From: Callorhinchus milii
Lineage: Eukaryota
Direction: 5' to 3'
Length of the DNA stretch: 64,000 bases
Assembly (NCBI RefSeq): GCF_018977255.1
Contig: NW_024704743.1
Location: 12,712,001 to 12,776,000, forward strand
The notes under the pieces: generated by a model
Database searches by the model: none
What the model saw: the letters and a program-made list of their open reading frames with translations, nothing else
What the model was told of the DNA's origin: nothing
Program-made: the position numbers and the translations under genes
In this document: positions 1 to 13,245 of the stretch, one piece after another
Layout of the letters: each line of letters begins with the position of its first letter
Numbering within the stretch: the stretch's first letter is position 1

Positions 1-540
1 CCAAGTTCAGACAATAGCTGATATGGGAGGTGAAAAGGTGAGAAAACATCAGAGTAGTGAAGGAGAAAGTGCTCTCCTGAAGTTATCCAGAGCAGAGAGT
101 ACGTCAAGCCAAAAAGAACGATCTTGAAACCACAGTTAATGAAAGTGCAAAATGTCCATTTCCCAGAATTGAAATCTCCCACCTCCATGAGCAGAAAATA
201 CACTTAAAAAAATTAAAGAAAAACACTGCCGTTTCAAGCGGTCATTTATTTTACACTCACACTTTAAGACTGAGAATGGTGGTGCAGAAAAGGCTGATTC
301 TAAAAATAAACAGAAAAATGTTTCACAAAAATACCAGATTGCCAATTTGAAAATAAAATGCAAGTTTCTATTTATAGATTGTAAAGAGATTTTTTTTCCT
401 CCTTCAAACTTTTCCGGTTGAAAAAGAAAATATTTTGAAGGAATGAATGAATTGTCTTGTGTCTGTGAATAGTATAGACACAAGCCATTTGGCACATTAA
501 CTCTAAGTTGGTGTTTCTCATTAGATGAGTCATCTAGCCT

Positions 541-1918
541 AAACAACAACAAGATGACATTTGTATAGCACCATGCACGTTGGGAGGACGTCCCAAGGCG
601 CTGGACAGTGTACAGCATTTCAGACCCGAGTTGGAGTCGGGGGGAGAGAAGGGAGGGGAAGGGGGGTGACCGATGGCATGGTCGAAGAGGAGGGTTTTGA
701 GGCGGGACTTGAAGGAGGCTAAGGAGGGATGAGGCGGAGTGATTGGGGGATGGAATTCCAGAGGTTGGGGGCAGAGTGGCTGAAGGTTCTCCTGCTAATG
801 GTTGGGCGGGTGGGTCGGGGGACGTGGAGCAGGCTGGAGTCGGCTGAGCGGAGGGATTGGTAGGGGGTTAGGTGGTCGGAGAGGTAGGGTGGGGCGAGGC
901 CATGGAGGGGTTTGTAAGTGAGGACCAGGATCTTGAACTGGATCCTTAGAAGGATAGGGAGTCAATAGAGTCGGGCGAGAATAGGGGAGATGGGGTCATG
1001 GAGTTTGGTGCAGGAGAGGACACGGGCTGCAGAGTTCTGGACTATCTGCAGCCTGTAGAGGGAGGAGTTGGGAAGGCCGACAAGCAGGGCATTTGCATAG
1101 TCGAGCCTGGAGGTGATGAAGGCATGAACAAGAGTTTCAGTGGCCTGAGGGGTGAGGTAGTGGCGGAGTTGGGCGATGTTACGGAGGTGAGGGAAGGCAG
1201 AGCGGGTCATGGCTTGGATGTGGGGAAGAAAAGACAGTTGAGGATCGAACAAGACACCCAGGTTCGTGATGGCTTGGTGAGTTGAAGTGTGCAACCATGG
1301 AGGTTGATGCTGCCAGAGCCTGAGGTGCTGAGGCGCTGGTGTGAGCCAATCAGGAGGGCCTCAGTCTTGTTCACATTCAACTGTAGGAAATTTGCCCTCA
1401 TTCAGGACTTGATGTCCGACAGGCAGTCTGTCAGGACAGCAGTGGTCCTGGAGCTGAGGCTGGAGGCGGAAGATAGAGTTGGGTGTCATCCGCATACCGT
1501 TGACCCCATGTTTGTGGATGATGTCACCAAGGGGGAGCATGTAGATATTAAAGAGGAGAGGGCCAACGACAGAGCCCTGGGGGACGCCAGACGTGACAGT
1601 ATGGGGGCTGGAGGAGAAATCGTTAGAGGCAACGAAGTATAGACGGTGAGAGAGATAGGAATCGAACCAGGCAAGGGCAGGTCCGTGAAGAGGAGAGGCG
1701 GTGTATGAGGATGGAGTGGTTGACAGTGTCGAAGGCGGCAGAGAGGTCGAGAAGGACAAGGAAGCAGATGGAGCCCTGATCACAGATGTTCAGAATGTCA
1801 TTAGTGACTTTGACCAGGGCTGTTTCCATGCTATGGGCAGCGCGGAAGCCGGATTAGAGGGGTTCAAAGAGGGAATGGCGAGAAAGAAAGGAGCGGAGCT
1901 GGGACGCAACGACTCATT
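541..1918 (-). mobile_element. L2-clade LINE, 5'-truncated and frameshifted (RT C-terminal part plus 3' UTR, (GTT)n tail)
   Basis: ORF pieces [37 protein letters not shown] and AFITSRLDYAN. 3' stem-loop GGGACGTCCTCCC..CGT followed by a (GTT)n tail at 541-552. Confidence 0.93.
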
Positions 1919-2599
1919 CCAGTCCAACCCCACTCTCCTGCTCACTCCCCAAAATCCTTTCATATTTCTCTTTTTTAATCATTTAATTCCTATTAAAATT
2001 TGTTTCAACTATGGTTTGAGGAAGAGATTTCCACATTCTGACCAACCTATGCAGCAAGAGATTTTTTTTTGTAACCTCTCGTTTAATTCTATTTCTGATC
2101 ATTTCAAAATACGTATCCTCTTGCTCCCAACTCAAACCATGATTGAGCTTTAATTAACTTGACTTCTTCACGTTAAAAAGGCAGCCACTTGTCAGTGATA
2201 TCCGAATTAATTCATTGGTATCAACTGCAAAACTTCCCACGCAATTCAGGTGGTTGCAGTTACGGTGAACACGTCAGATCATCTCTTTCAAACCCACGTT
2301 GAAAAGGGCTCAAAACAAGTGCTCCAGAATAAATCCCATTACATGCGGCTGAATGAAGGTCTTGAATTTTTATAGTGCTTTAAAACGTCATAAAGCACTT
2401 CAAACAATTACTGCCAAGTGCAATAGCATTATTTGTGGGCATAATACTTCACTACAGGTACTATAAGGTGTCACAAGGTGAATGACCAATTACTATGTAC
2501 AGTATTGCAGGGCCAGGTCTCCAGGAGAAACTCCCTTTGCTTTTCAAAGATCACATGACAATATTCAAGGTTTGTTAAAACGCTCAATTAACCTTATTG

Positions 2600-2865
2600 T
2601 GTCAGATTATACATACTTGTGCAAATTTATTACTTCCAGAATAAAATACATTACATCTACATAATAGACACCAGAGTAAAACAATTACACCACGATTACA
2701 GACACCAGGAATAAAACCCATTGCAGTATATCCAGATTACAAACACTGGAACAAAACTCATTATGTCAAGATTATAGACACCAGAACAAAATGCAGAACA
2801 TCTACATTATACAGACTGGAATAAAATCCATTATGTCAAGAATATAGATACTGGAATACAATATA
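2600..2865. repeat. Degenerate ~35-bp minisatellite (~7 units)
   Basis: Recurring AGATTATAGACACCAGAATAAAA.CCATT-like units. Confidence 0.7.
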
Positions 2866-3329
2866 TACTTATATAACACCTTTCACATTGAAAGGACAGT
2901 GCTTCACATTGCTGTCCAGGCATATGTCAAAAAGGTAGTTTTTGAGAATAAATAATAATCCTTGCATTTGATATAGTGCCTTATCATGTCTTCAAGACGT
3001 CTAAAAGTCCTTCACTGTAAAGTGAATTGGTGGTCAAAAGAAAAATTAATAAACTCATTATTTCTAGACTAAACCCCAGTCAATTTATAGGCTGCCAATG
3101 GCTTCTTGACTCTTGTCTCGCAGACATAGAGTTAGTTTATACTTTTAGATCAAAGAAATAGTGAAAAGCAAAGTACAATATAAGCACAAAGGGGGATCTG
3201 AGTGGATGCTGCGAGGTGGTTAATAGAGTGAAGGACGGAATGACATCCAAATGACAATACAGGACTCCAGGCCCCGGTACTGTCCAGGACCTCAGAGCAG
3301 ACTGGTGCCCCCCAGCCCAGGCTCCTGCG

Positions 3330-4330
3330 TTGAATGGATGAATGAACAAACTTAGCACCGAGGAAAGAACAGAGCGGAGAGGGAGTGCTCCAGTCAGGTT
3401 ACTACACTGCGATCGTGCAGCTGTTTAAAGACTGAAAAATTCAGCAATGCTGCTCCACTGCAGCGCTGTGCCAAAGCACACAGCTATCTGCACACCATCC
3501 CCAACACATTCCCCCCCAAATATAATCATAATGTTCTTTGTTTACCAAATATTAAAAGCCATAAATAGATTTGCTTCCACAAACTGGAGCCCGATGGTAA
3601 TCTGAACCCGGGCTTTCACTCCGCCGAGCGGGACTCCCCTCTCTCTGCTGCTCCGGTACTTTTTGAATGGTGATGCGGTGAACCGAGCAGTCGGTGTTAT
3701 CAAGTCAGTAACACACCGCACTCAAACAGAGCATTAAATCAACAGTACTGTGAGTCGAGGCACTGCCTGTGCAACGTTATGGCTAAAATGATATAATATG
3801 CGTTAAAGCAGATCTCGTCAAATAGATATGCAGTGACCACCCGATATGATCAATGGAACAATCGAATCTTTAGTAAAAAGACTCCGTGTTACTGAAATCC
3901 ACAACATTGCCCCATTCATCACCGGATTGGTGTCGGGCGCTGCTCACCAGGTCCCGTTTCTGACGAGATGACAAGTTCAGCTTCGGACTAAATGAATTAT
4001 TTCTAGAAACAATTTCCTACAATTGAAAAGGACACACGAGCTGCAAAAATAATTCCCCCCAAAAACCTTACCATCTCCGGCTGCTGCTCCGCGACTACAA
4101 TTGCTGCAAATGTGCTTAATCTCTTTGCCAATGTGACACTGGATCATGAAAGAAACGTTGTGGTTTGTAGGTTCCTTCAGCGGTTTCATCCTCACAATGT
4201 AAATGGTTCTCTTTTGGGGCTTTCCCCCACTGTGGTCTTGGACTGAGCCTTCTCTGTGTCCGGACGCACACAACACGTGTGGGTCTGTGTGTACGGAGTC
4301 CGCCATCAACAGCCGAATGGATTAACACCA
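3330..4330. promoter_or_regulatory. CpG-enriched, repeat-free region around a putative first exon
   Basis: Visibly higher CpG density (ccgccgagcggg, gtcgggcgc, ccgcgac) than the CpG-poor unique flanks; judged by eye, not computed. Confidence 0.4.
4072..4306 (-). CDS. Putative (alternative) first coding exon, probably PHACTR family (PHACTR1/PHACTR3-type N-terminal isoform); gene continues off the left edge
   Basis: ATG at 4306, with a second in-frame ATG at 4189 in better context. Open frame MADSVHTD...MKPLKEPTNHNVSFMIQCHIGKEIKHICSNCSRGAAAGD ends at a strong phase-1 donor GATG|GTAAGG. The VSFxIxCxIGKEIKHxCxNC motif matches my recollection of an alternative PHACTR N-terminus (unverified). Confidence 0.55.
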
Positions 4331-4420
4331 AACAGCAGCACAAAGAGATGAGGCGAAGCAATACTCATTGATTTCTGGTGACCTTTCCTGACTGTACTCC
4401 AAATCGCCAATACAATCTGC

Positions 4421-5328
4421 TGAACACACACACACACACACAGACAGTAACCTGAACACACACACACAGTAACCTGAACACACACACACACACACACACA
4501 CACAAGCTAAACACACACACACACACAAGCTAAACACACACACACACACAAGCTAAACACACACACACAAGCTAAACACACACACACAAGCTAAACACAC
4601 ACACACAAGCTAAACACACACACACAAGCTAAACACACACACACACAAGCTAAACACACACACACACACACAAGCTAAACACACACACACACACAAGCTA
4701 AACACACACACACAAGCTAAACACACACACACACACACAAGCTAAACACACACACACACACAAGCTAAACACACACACACAAGCTAAACACACACACACA
4801 CACAAGCTAAACACACACACACAAGCTAAACACACACACAGACACACACGCACAAGCTAAACACACACACACACACAAGCTAAACACACACACACAAGCT
4901 AAACACACACACACACACACACACAAGCTAAACACACACACACACACACAGTAACCTGAACACACACACACACACAGTAACCTGAACACACACACACACA
5001 CAGTAACCTGAACACACACACACACAGTAACCACACACACACACACACACAGTAACCTGAACACACACACACACAGTAACCTGAACACACACACACAGTA
5101 ACCTGAACACACACACACACACACACACACAGTAACCTGAACACACACACACACACACACACAGTAAGCTGAACACACACACACACACAGTAACCTGAAC
5201 ACACACACACAGTAACCTGAACACACACACACACAGTAACCTGAACACACACACACACACACACACAGTAAGCTGAACACACACACACACACACAGTAAC
5301 CTGAACACACACACACACAGTAACCTGA

Positions 5329-5369
<41 letters not shown>

Positions 5370-5684
5370 CACACAGTAACCTGAACACACACACACACAG
5401 TAACCTGAACACACACACACACACAGTAACCTGAACACACACACACACACAGCAACCTGAACACACACACACACAGTAACCTGAACACACACACACACAC
5501 AGTAAGCTGAACACACACACACACACACAGTAAGCTGAACACACACACACACACACACACAGTAAGCTGAACACACACACACACACAGTAACCTGAACAC
5601 ACACACACAGTAACCTGAACACACACACACACACACACAGTAACCTGAACACACACACACACACACAGTAACCTGAACACACAC
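4421..5684. repeat. Composite (CA)n satellite with AAGCTAA, AGTAACCTGA and AGTAAGCTGA spacer units
   Basis: Directly visible; source of the CVCV-type spurious ORFs. Confidence 0.97.
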
Positions 5685-7709
5685 TGCACGAACTCTATCT
5701 ACAACTGAGACGTCTCCTCCACCCGCACAGTAGCTGACCAGCTTCTTCAGTAGGTCAGATCTCCAAGCGGTTCCGAGCCATGGTGTTTCCTGAGGGAATC
5801 TTCTCCCCTCGATGCAATAAACACATGACCACCGTCTGTGGTGCTGTCATTAAGCGCCGACTGTAATCAGGGGTGAAGTGCAGTATTGAGCAGCCCACGA
5901 GGATGCTCAGGATTGGAGAGAGAACCAAGGAGAGCAGACACGTTGCCGGAATAGTTAAATGAACTGTGAGCAATTACTCATGCATTACACCTCAGTCCTC
6001 TGCTGTTTTGCTTGTTGAATTACAGAACCATTTGGTATTGAAATGGACTTATGAACTGTACATTAGAGGTGAAGCCGTTTAGTTTCCTAATAAAAAAACT
6101 ATTTAAGTAATTAAGGCTTTATAAATAACCAAATATCTTCATTTCCGTGAGAGCAAATCTTCAAATGGACTCTTCTTGTGGAATCACTGACTACTGTACA
6201 CGCATCTCTTCTAAAACCATAAACAGACTGCACACACTGAGGTAAATATTATTTTGCAAACTTTTCAGAAAATTAAACAGAAGTGCCTTAACCGGTATAT
6301 TCACTATTTTTCAGATTCTACAAAACTGAGCAGAATAAAACTAAATAGTGTTAGACATAAAGCCCCTTATGATTCCAGAGAGACAATGACTATTTGCAGC
6401 AAAGTCACACTTTTGACCAGACCATTTTACACGATAACAAACGTCTCCTCCCCCATTGCTTCTCTATTTTTTCCTCAGGCACCAAAGTGAATCCATAGTT
6501 AGCAACTTGAACAAGGGCACCTCAACCACAAGACAGCCTACATCTAACTCGGCTGCAAAGTTGTTTTTTCTGACCCTGATATTGTTCAGTGACCTCTCAC
6601 TGCCTGACAGATCTGTCAGGGACTTTACAACCTGAACTTTTATTGTGCTATGTTTTATTGCTTCTGGTGATGCCCATTTCATTCTACTCTTATCCCTTCA
6701 TCCAGTCACTTTCAATGAGGCAACTTGGACACGTCTGGAGAGACATCTGAGCTCAATGACCTGGGTCCCAGTAGTAGGGATCAAAGTGTCTGAAGGATAT
6801 ACAGCCTAATCTGATGGTTCTGTGTTTAGGCCTCAGTGACCAGGAGGCTAGTGTTAGGTGCTTTCTTGCATTTCCATTGAAACTGACTGAGGTTCGCGCG
6901 TGTGCAAGGCTTGATTCAGTCAACAGTTGAAGGACGGCCTCTGGGAGGTGCTGTAAAAGCAGCTTTCAAGGGACTCGGGAGTCACAATCTGCTTGTGAAT
7001 TAACTCTAAAAATAATCAAGCTGCAGAAATGCTCAACAACACGGTGCAGTGTCAACATGTGCTTCATATCAAACCGTGAACACGGTGGCACAATGGCAGA
7101 GACTAAAAGTCATCATTCTGTTTGTCCTACACATTTTCCCTGTTATGCTATGCCGAGGGGCAGCTGCTCATATGTTCATGTCAACACTGTCAATCAGAAC
7201 AGACTATGCAATAGGTTGTGTGCTAGGCACCATCTCATGCTAATATATCTTACTATAAACTCGAACTTATTTATAAATTTAACAAAGACAATGCAAGAGA
7301 AGTTTGTTCCAATGGAAATAAACCAGAGACTGAAAGGGCTGATCTAATAGTTGATGCAGTACAACATAAACCAGCCTCCAGGAGGCTGCAGTTTTAGTTC
7401 ATCAAAAGTCCACATTCCCACAGCAGGAATAATGGGCAAAGGACAGCACAGCCCGAGGAAGCTTTACTGCTCTCATCACCACCAGAAAATGCTTCTCTTG
7501 ATGGCCTCCGTGGGTTCATTCATTTTGCACAACATTGAATGTGGGCAACGGCTGAGGGAGTAGAGGCTGAGAAAACAGTGAATTGATGCTTAAGCCTTGC
7601 TACATCAGCACACTGAAAGAGGCTATCCAACCTCCTCGACAAAGTGATTCATGATAAACACTGGACTGTAGCTTTAAACACTAGTTGTCTCTTATAGACT
7701 GTAATGAAA

Positions 7710-7772
7710 CGTGTGTGTGTGGTGGTGGTGGGGGTGGTGGTGGTGGTGGTGGTGGGGGGGGGGGGGGGGGGC
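7710..7772. repeat. (TG)n-(GGT)n-polyG simple repeat
   Basis: Directly visible. Confidence 0.9.
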
Positions 7773-8519
7773 GGTAGCATAGTTCTGTCTGCAGGGAATT
7801 ATTTGCACAGTTATAATGACATGACACTGACACTGACACTGACATCACATCCAACAATGCCAATGCCCTGTGGCCTCCCCGCCTTTTACATATGGATCCA
7901 CACTTGTGAATATGAAGCCAGAACCGCCAACGTACAGGAAGCGTCCACTTACGAATAAACTATTTTGAGGCACACACATGAGGCGTCACATAGAGACTGA
8001 ATATACTGTTACCATCACCTCTTCTGAAACGAGGATAACAATTGTATTAACATATGTGGAGGCAGTTCTGCAATTCTACAGCTCGAATTGCACCTTCTGA
8101 CACGTTATAAAACACAAACGTAAGGACTGTGTTTGCTGTTGGCATCAGTATTCTAAAGGAATCTTATCTTAATAAATCTAATCTGCTGCATTGTACGACC
8201 ATTTCAAATGTAAAACATTAAATTCACATTGTCACTTCTATTTTCAACCACATACTACATAACATTGTCTTATTATCTTCTGACACACAGACTGTCAGTT
8301 GAAGTTCCGCTTACCGCCTAGATCATTTTTAAATAAAAATAACTTAGGCCACTCTCATGTCAATCTACTCCATCCACACTTCTACACAGTGCTACAGCTG
8401 AATATTTCTTGGATTTAAGTGGATTGCAATTTTACGGGGATCACCAGGGGAGCGATCTAACTCACATGTACATTACAACTTAAATTGGAATGAACGATCT
8501 CAAGAGAGGTTCAGATGAA

Positions 8520-8960
8520 GAAAATAGTTAGGTCATTTGATCTCATCCTTCCAGAATACCCACTCTAATGTCATGCCATTACAGCATCAAGCTGTTTCTT
8601 AAACGTATCCAGCATTATGGCTTCAACAATTCTTCCTCCATCTCTGCAATATTGCCTGCCTCCTCCACCTATTCTATTTCTCCCCAACACAGCCAAAACC
8701 ATCGCCCATGCCTTCATCATTTCTAGATTTGATTTCTTCAATGCCCACCTTGCTGGCTTCCTCAGCTCTAACCTCAAGGATCAACAGATCATCCAGAACT
8801 CTGCTGCTTGCATTTTCTCTTGTACAACATGGGACACTGCTGTGCACAATTGACTGCCATAATATGCCCATAAAATACACAGTACAATATATTCTGAGAA
8901 CGCATTGAGACTTCAACGACGTGATAAGGCACTATATTAAATGCAAGGTTAATATTATTA
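8520..8960. mobile_element. Cluster of old fragments: CR1 3' piece (-), L2 RT piece (+), SINE Deu/tail piece (+)
   Basis: IAHAFIISRFDFFN...QNSAA L2 motif at 8690-8830; SINE-type tail ending AAATGCAAGGTTAATATTATT. Confidence 0.7.
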
Positions 8961-9894
8961 CCATTAATACTTTCTGGTGCCTGAAATTGCCCTTCACAAT
9001 CTGAACTTGTGCCCTCTTGTCCTGATGCCTTGATGTATCTGAAAGTATTTTTCTGGGTTTGCTCTCCCATCCTATCTCATATTTAGCATGTTATATAACT
9101 TGAAAAGGTCCTCTCTGAAACATCTCTGAAACATATATATTTCATGGCCACTAATAAACAGATATCTAAGGAGTATTGGGTATGGGGAAAAGGGCGGGTT
9201 AATGGGACTGAAAGGATTGCTCTTTAAAATAGTCAGCGCAGACATGCTGGGCCGAATGACCTTCTTCTGTGCTTAAATTTTTATGGTTCTATAACTGAAG
9301 AAGCATTCTTTATTCACATCAAAAGCATCTTTTATTCACATCAAAAGCATTCCTCACTCTAACACTTGAGATCATCAAGAACAACAACAAGATTCCATTT
9401 ATAGAGCACCGTTCACGTCGGGAGGACGTCACAAGGCGCTGACGTCCTCAATGTTCTCCTTCCTCTGCATTACCTCTAGGGTCAGGACAAACCTTTACAT
9501 TTTGCAGCATCCAGATTTGTCTACATTAGACCAGGTGCCACCAGACCAGAGCACTGTACTGCTCGAGAATGACATGGGATTTCAACTGCTCTGACAAAAT
9601 TGTCCTGTTATAGAGATGTCAGATAATAGAGATGTCAGACAAATATGAATAAATAATGCATGAGACACAAAGGGTAAAGAGCAGTCGTCTGTGGACTGAA
9701 AGAGGCCAAAGTTGAGTGTGAGGAATTTTTGTTTTTTCATTTGCAATCCAGGAAGTATCCACACAGAACACCTGAATCTTGAAGACAGGCTTTGTATGAA
9801 TTGTGGAAGAAACTGTGGGTTGAATTGTGGGTTTGACCTATTTTTGTTCCATACTTTCTTATTTACTGTTGTCTGTACATTGTCACTAGCACTT

Positions 9895-10207
9895 ATAATA
9901 TAATAATAATCCTTGCATTCGATATAGCGCTTTTCACGTCTTCTAGACATCTCAAAACGCTTCACAGAATAGACTGTAAAGTGAATTGACTGTATATTTG
10001 TGGGCGAAATGCAGCAGCCAGTTGCGCACAGCAGTGTCCCACAAACAGTCGTGGATTGAAATGACCAATTTATTGTTGTTTTTTTGAGGGATTATTATCA
10101 GGCGTGTGGAGTAAGGAAACTTGCCCAAGGTTTTGCCCTGCCGGGAATCAAACCCAGGACTCTCGCTTTCAAGGCGAGTGCTCTAACCACTGAGCTACAG
10201 GACTCCA
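9895..10207 (-). mobile_element. tRNA-derived Deu-SINE, short form
   Basis: Head TGGAGTCCTGTAGCTCAGTGGTTAGAGC (A box) and GGTTTGATTCC (B box), Deu-like core TGTGGGACACTGCTGTGCGCAA, (ATT)n tail. Confidence 0.9.
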
Positions 10208-10639
10208 TACCTCCACTTGTAGGGGAACAAAATCCTTGTGTTTTGAAAAGCTTTTTACGTGGCCTTACTGCAATAAAGTGTACCAATTTATGGTACCTCA
10301 AGGCTGAGGTTCAGACATTAAGAATCCAATTTTAGTGTGTTTGTATAATATCGTTAATGTGTACTAAATTAGCTCTTTGGAATATCAATCTTTGCAAAAA
10401 ACCAAGTAAACATTATAAAGAACTGCATGATCTCCAACACATCAGCTAGTGCAAGTCAGCTTAGACGCCTTTTATTCACATCAAAAGAAATTTATGTCAC
10501 ATCTATCTATTTCTCCTTTAAGTATTCGCCACAAATTTTCTGCTCTGTCATCAATGGTTACTATATCTTTTGTTCACAATAACCTAGTATGATTGCAAGC
10601 TTGTCATGAATTGAGTTTTTTTTCAAATAAATTGTTTTT

Positions 10640-11139
10640 TTCAAGTGTTCAAATGGAACTCTGCCATTTGCCCAATCAGTTTACTACCATTAGTCTTGGA
10701 GATTAGAATGTAATGCGTTTTCTGAAATGGGATCTACCTAGCGTAGTGAAAACACAGCCTCTAGACCAATTGACTAAATGGATGGTGTGTGAGCAGGGTT
10801 TTAAAAATATAAATGTTAACCCTATTTCCACTGACATAATAATCCATCAACAAACAGGAGCTGGACCTCTGCTGCAGTTGTGTGGATTGCACATTTCCCA
10901 GGTGTTGTCTTACAGTACTTTAACAGCAAGAATTCCATTCTTTATCCCAACAGGAATCCTGTTCCTCTGCTGGCTAATAGACAATGATCATTACTGAAAG
11001 TGCAGGTGAGTAAGACTTTTTCTCCTTTAGGCTCCTCAGCACAGATCCAGGGTGATGTCTTGGACTACATTATGCCAGTTACATCCATTCTTTAAACACT
11101 ATCTAGAGAACCAACAGTTTCTGCAAAATGAAATTATTC
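10640..11139 (-). pseudogene. Pseudo-exon E12 (probable last coding exon; lower boundary approximate)
   Basis: Acceptor gtgttttag|G at 11139. RVNIYIFKTLLTHH (10782-10823) resembles the KIAA0825 C-terminal RLDKMTFSVLLKNR. Several in-frame stops. Confidence 0.45.
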
Positions 11140-12127
11140 CTAAAACACAACTGGCACCTTCATTCATATTGAACCATTGAAATTTACAGCACAGAACTAT
11201 AGCACTAAAACAGGGACATTTCGTAAGAGTTAATTACGTAGTAGCATCCAATTCCCATTTGTCAGCTCTATTAATTCAAACTCCAGTTAACAATGCGCTG
11301 CTGGCCCACAAACAACAGTAGCAATACAAAAGCTTCTGCAATAAATTCAGATAAAACTCAGAACTGCAATAATTCAAACTAATTAACTATTGCAATAAAT
11401 TGCATTAAATAATAAATTCAAATAGGGACATTGACTGTGAAAACTCAAACTCAGGAGCTGATCACAATAATTCAAATAAATGAAACATTGCTGCAATATT
11501 TCAAACTAATGCAATAAATATACTTAAATAAAACAATATAGGTCAATGAAAGAGTCTTTGGTGGAGTGACAGCAACATCGATCAAAAGGCACTGATGTCT
11601 CACTGGTTTCTGACAATTGCCAGTGAACAGCCTTGGGAAATGCTATGTTCATCATAGTTTCTAACACTTCTACCACAGTGACATTGCATCTTCAATACAT
11701 TAACTCACTCAATATCCTCTGTACAAAATCATTGTGTTATGGGTTTATTAGACATGTAACAAAAGGCTCTACAGTAACACTGAAAAACAATCGGCCAATT
11801 TCAGGGTTCTGCACAGAACAAATTTGGGTCTTTGATTGTTTTGTTTCCAGTCCCAATTCACAGAGAATGTGGAGAAGTAGAAATTTAATTCTTCCCTGCT
11901 GCTTGTTCTTCCCTCATGCTCCACCGTTGCTCTACTCTTCATTCCACTCTCAGTTTGCTCGTGCTGCGCTCACTCTGCCCTCATTCCGCCCTCTCTGCTT
12001 ACTCCACCTCTTCGCCCTTGTTCTGCTCACTCTGCCCTTGCACCCACCTTCATGGGTTTCAAGAACAACATGCTTTCAAAGTCAATATGCCTGGAGTTCT
12101 GAACCATGCCACTTACTGTGTATTCTT

Positions 12128-12835
12128 AGAATACATTAGAATATACAGCACAGAAACAGGCCATTCGGCCCAACTGGTCTATACCAGTGTTTATGCTCCA
12201 CATGAGCTCCTCCTGCTCTTCCTCAACTAAGCCTTCAAGCATAACCTTCTATTCCTTTCTACCTCATGTACCTATCTAGCTTTCCCTTGAATACATCTAT
12301 GCTATTTGCCTCAACAACTCCTTGTGGTACCACATTCCCACTACTCTCTATGTGAAGACATTTCTTCTAACTTCCTTATTTTATCTATTTGTGACTATTT
12401 TATATTGATGGCCCCTGGTTTTGGTCTCCCCCACAAGTGGAAATATCTTCCCTATATCTACTCTATCAAAACGTTTCATAATTTTAAAGAACTCTATCAG
12501 GTCACCCCTTACCCTCTTCTTGGACTCTGGATCCCTCAATATAGTCAGAATCAGAACGAGGAGGACCATTTTTTTTTACCATTCCTTATTTTCTCTGGAG
12601 ACAAACTAGAAGTGTAAAAGAGGTTGACCTTCAGAAGGTATTCATAGAATTATACAGCACAGAAGGAGGCCATTCGGCCCATCGTGTCTGTGCCAGCTCT
12701 TTGAAAAGAGCTATCCAATTCAATCCCACTCCCCTGCGCTCTCCCAATGTGCTGCAAACTTGTTCTCCCCAAATAATTATCTACTACTCTCTTAAAAGTT
12801 GTTATCGAATCAGCTTCCACCACCCTTTCAGGCAA
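12128..12835 (-). mobile_element. Two CR1-clade LINE 3' fragments (12128-12525 and 12643-12835)
   Basis: RGDLIEFFKIMK.FDRVD...TRGH motif; typical 3' UTR GGCCGAATGGCCT..TTCTGTGCTGTA. Confidence 0.85.
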
Positions 12836-13245
12836 TTTGATTAAAGATTTGCATTTGAACCTTTTAAAGATAATTAAAGTCCATGAAAGGAATGGCAATT
12901 AGGCAGCAGTATTGAAACCTGACTTGACATTAGAAAGCTGAAGGCAATAATGACTGAATAAGACTCTGCTTCGGGCAGTGATGAGTGGAATTCCACAGGG
13001 TCGTTTTTTATTATTGAATTGATATTACATTTAAACTGTGATCACAGAACGACACATCTTGGACTGCAGAATTAACAAGCCTCAGGAGAGAACCCTGATT
13101 AGAAAAGTATTCTATCTATCTTTTCCCACAATTGCTCCCCCACAAACCCCCCCCCCCCCGCCCCCCACACACACACAGAGCAGTCCATTCAGGGTAAAAG
13201 CTCCTATTAAAACGTGCTCCTATTACAAAAAACTACACATATTAC

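Noticed and set aside
136..618. 160-aa minus-strand ORF
   Set aside because: It starts inside an L2 tail, has no recognisable motif or convincing splice boundaries, and probably lies in an intron.
3137..3358. 73-aa ORF / RSIHSDP resembling another PHACTR first exon
   Set aside because: There is an in-frame stop before the motif and no good donor.
4421..5684. Repeat-spacer periodicity reminiscent of a CRISPR array
   Set aside because: The 'spacers' are only variable-length (CA)n, the context is eukaryotic, and there are no cas genes.
4807..5689. Three long Cys/Val-rich ORFs (253-291 aa)
   Set aside because: They are translations of the (TG)n satellite, which is open in all three frames.
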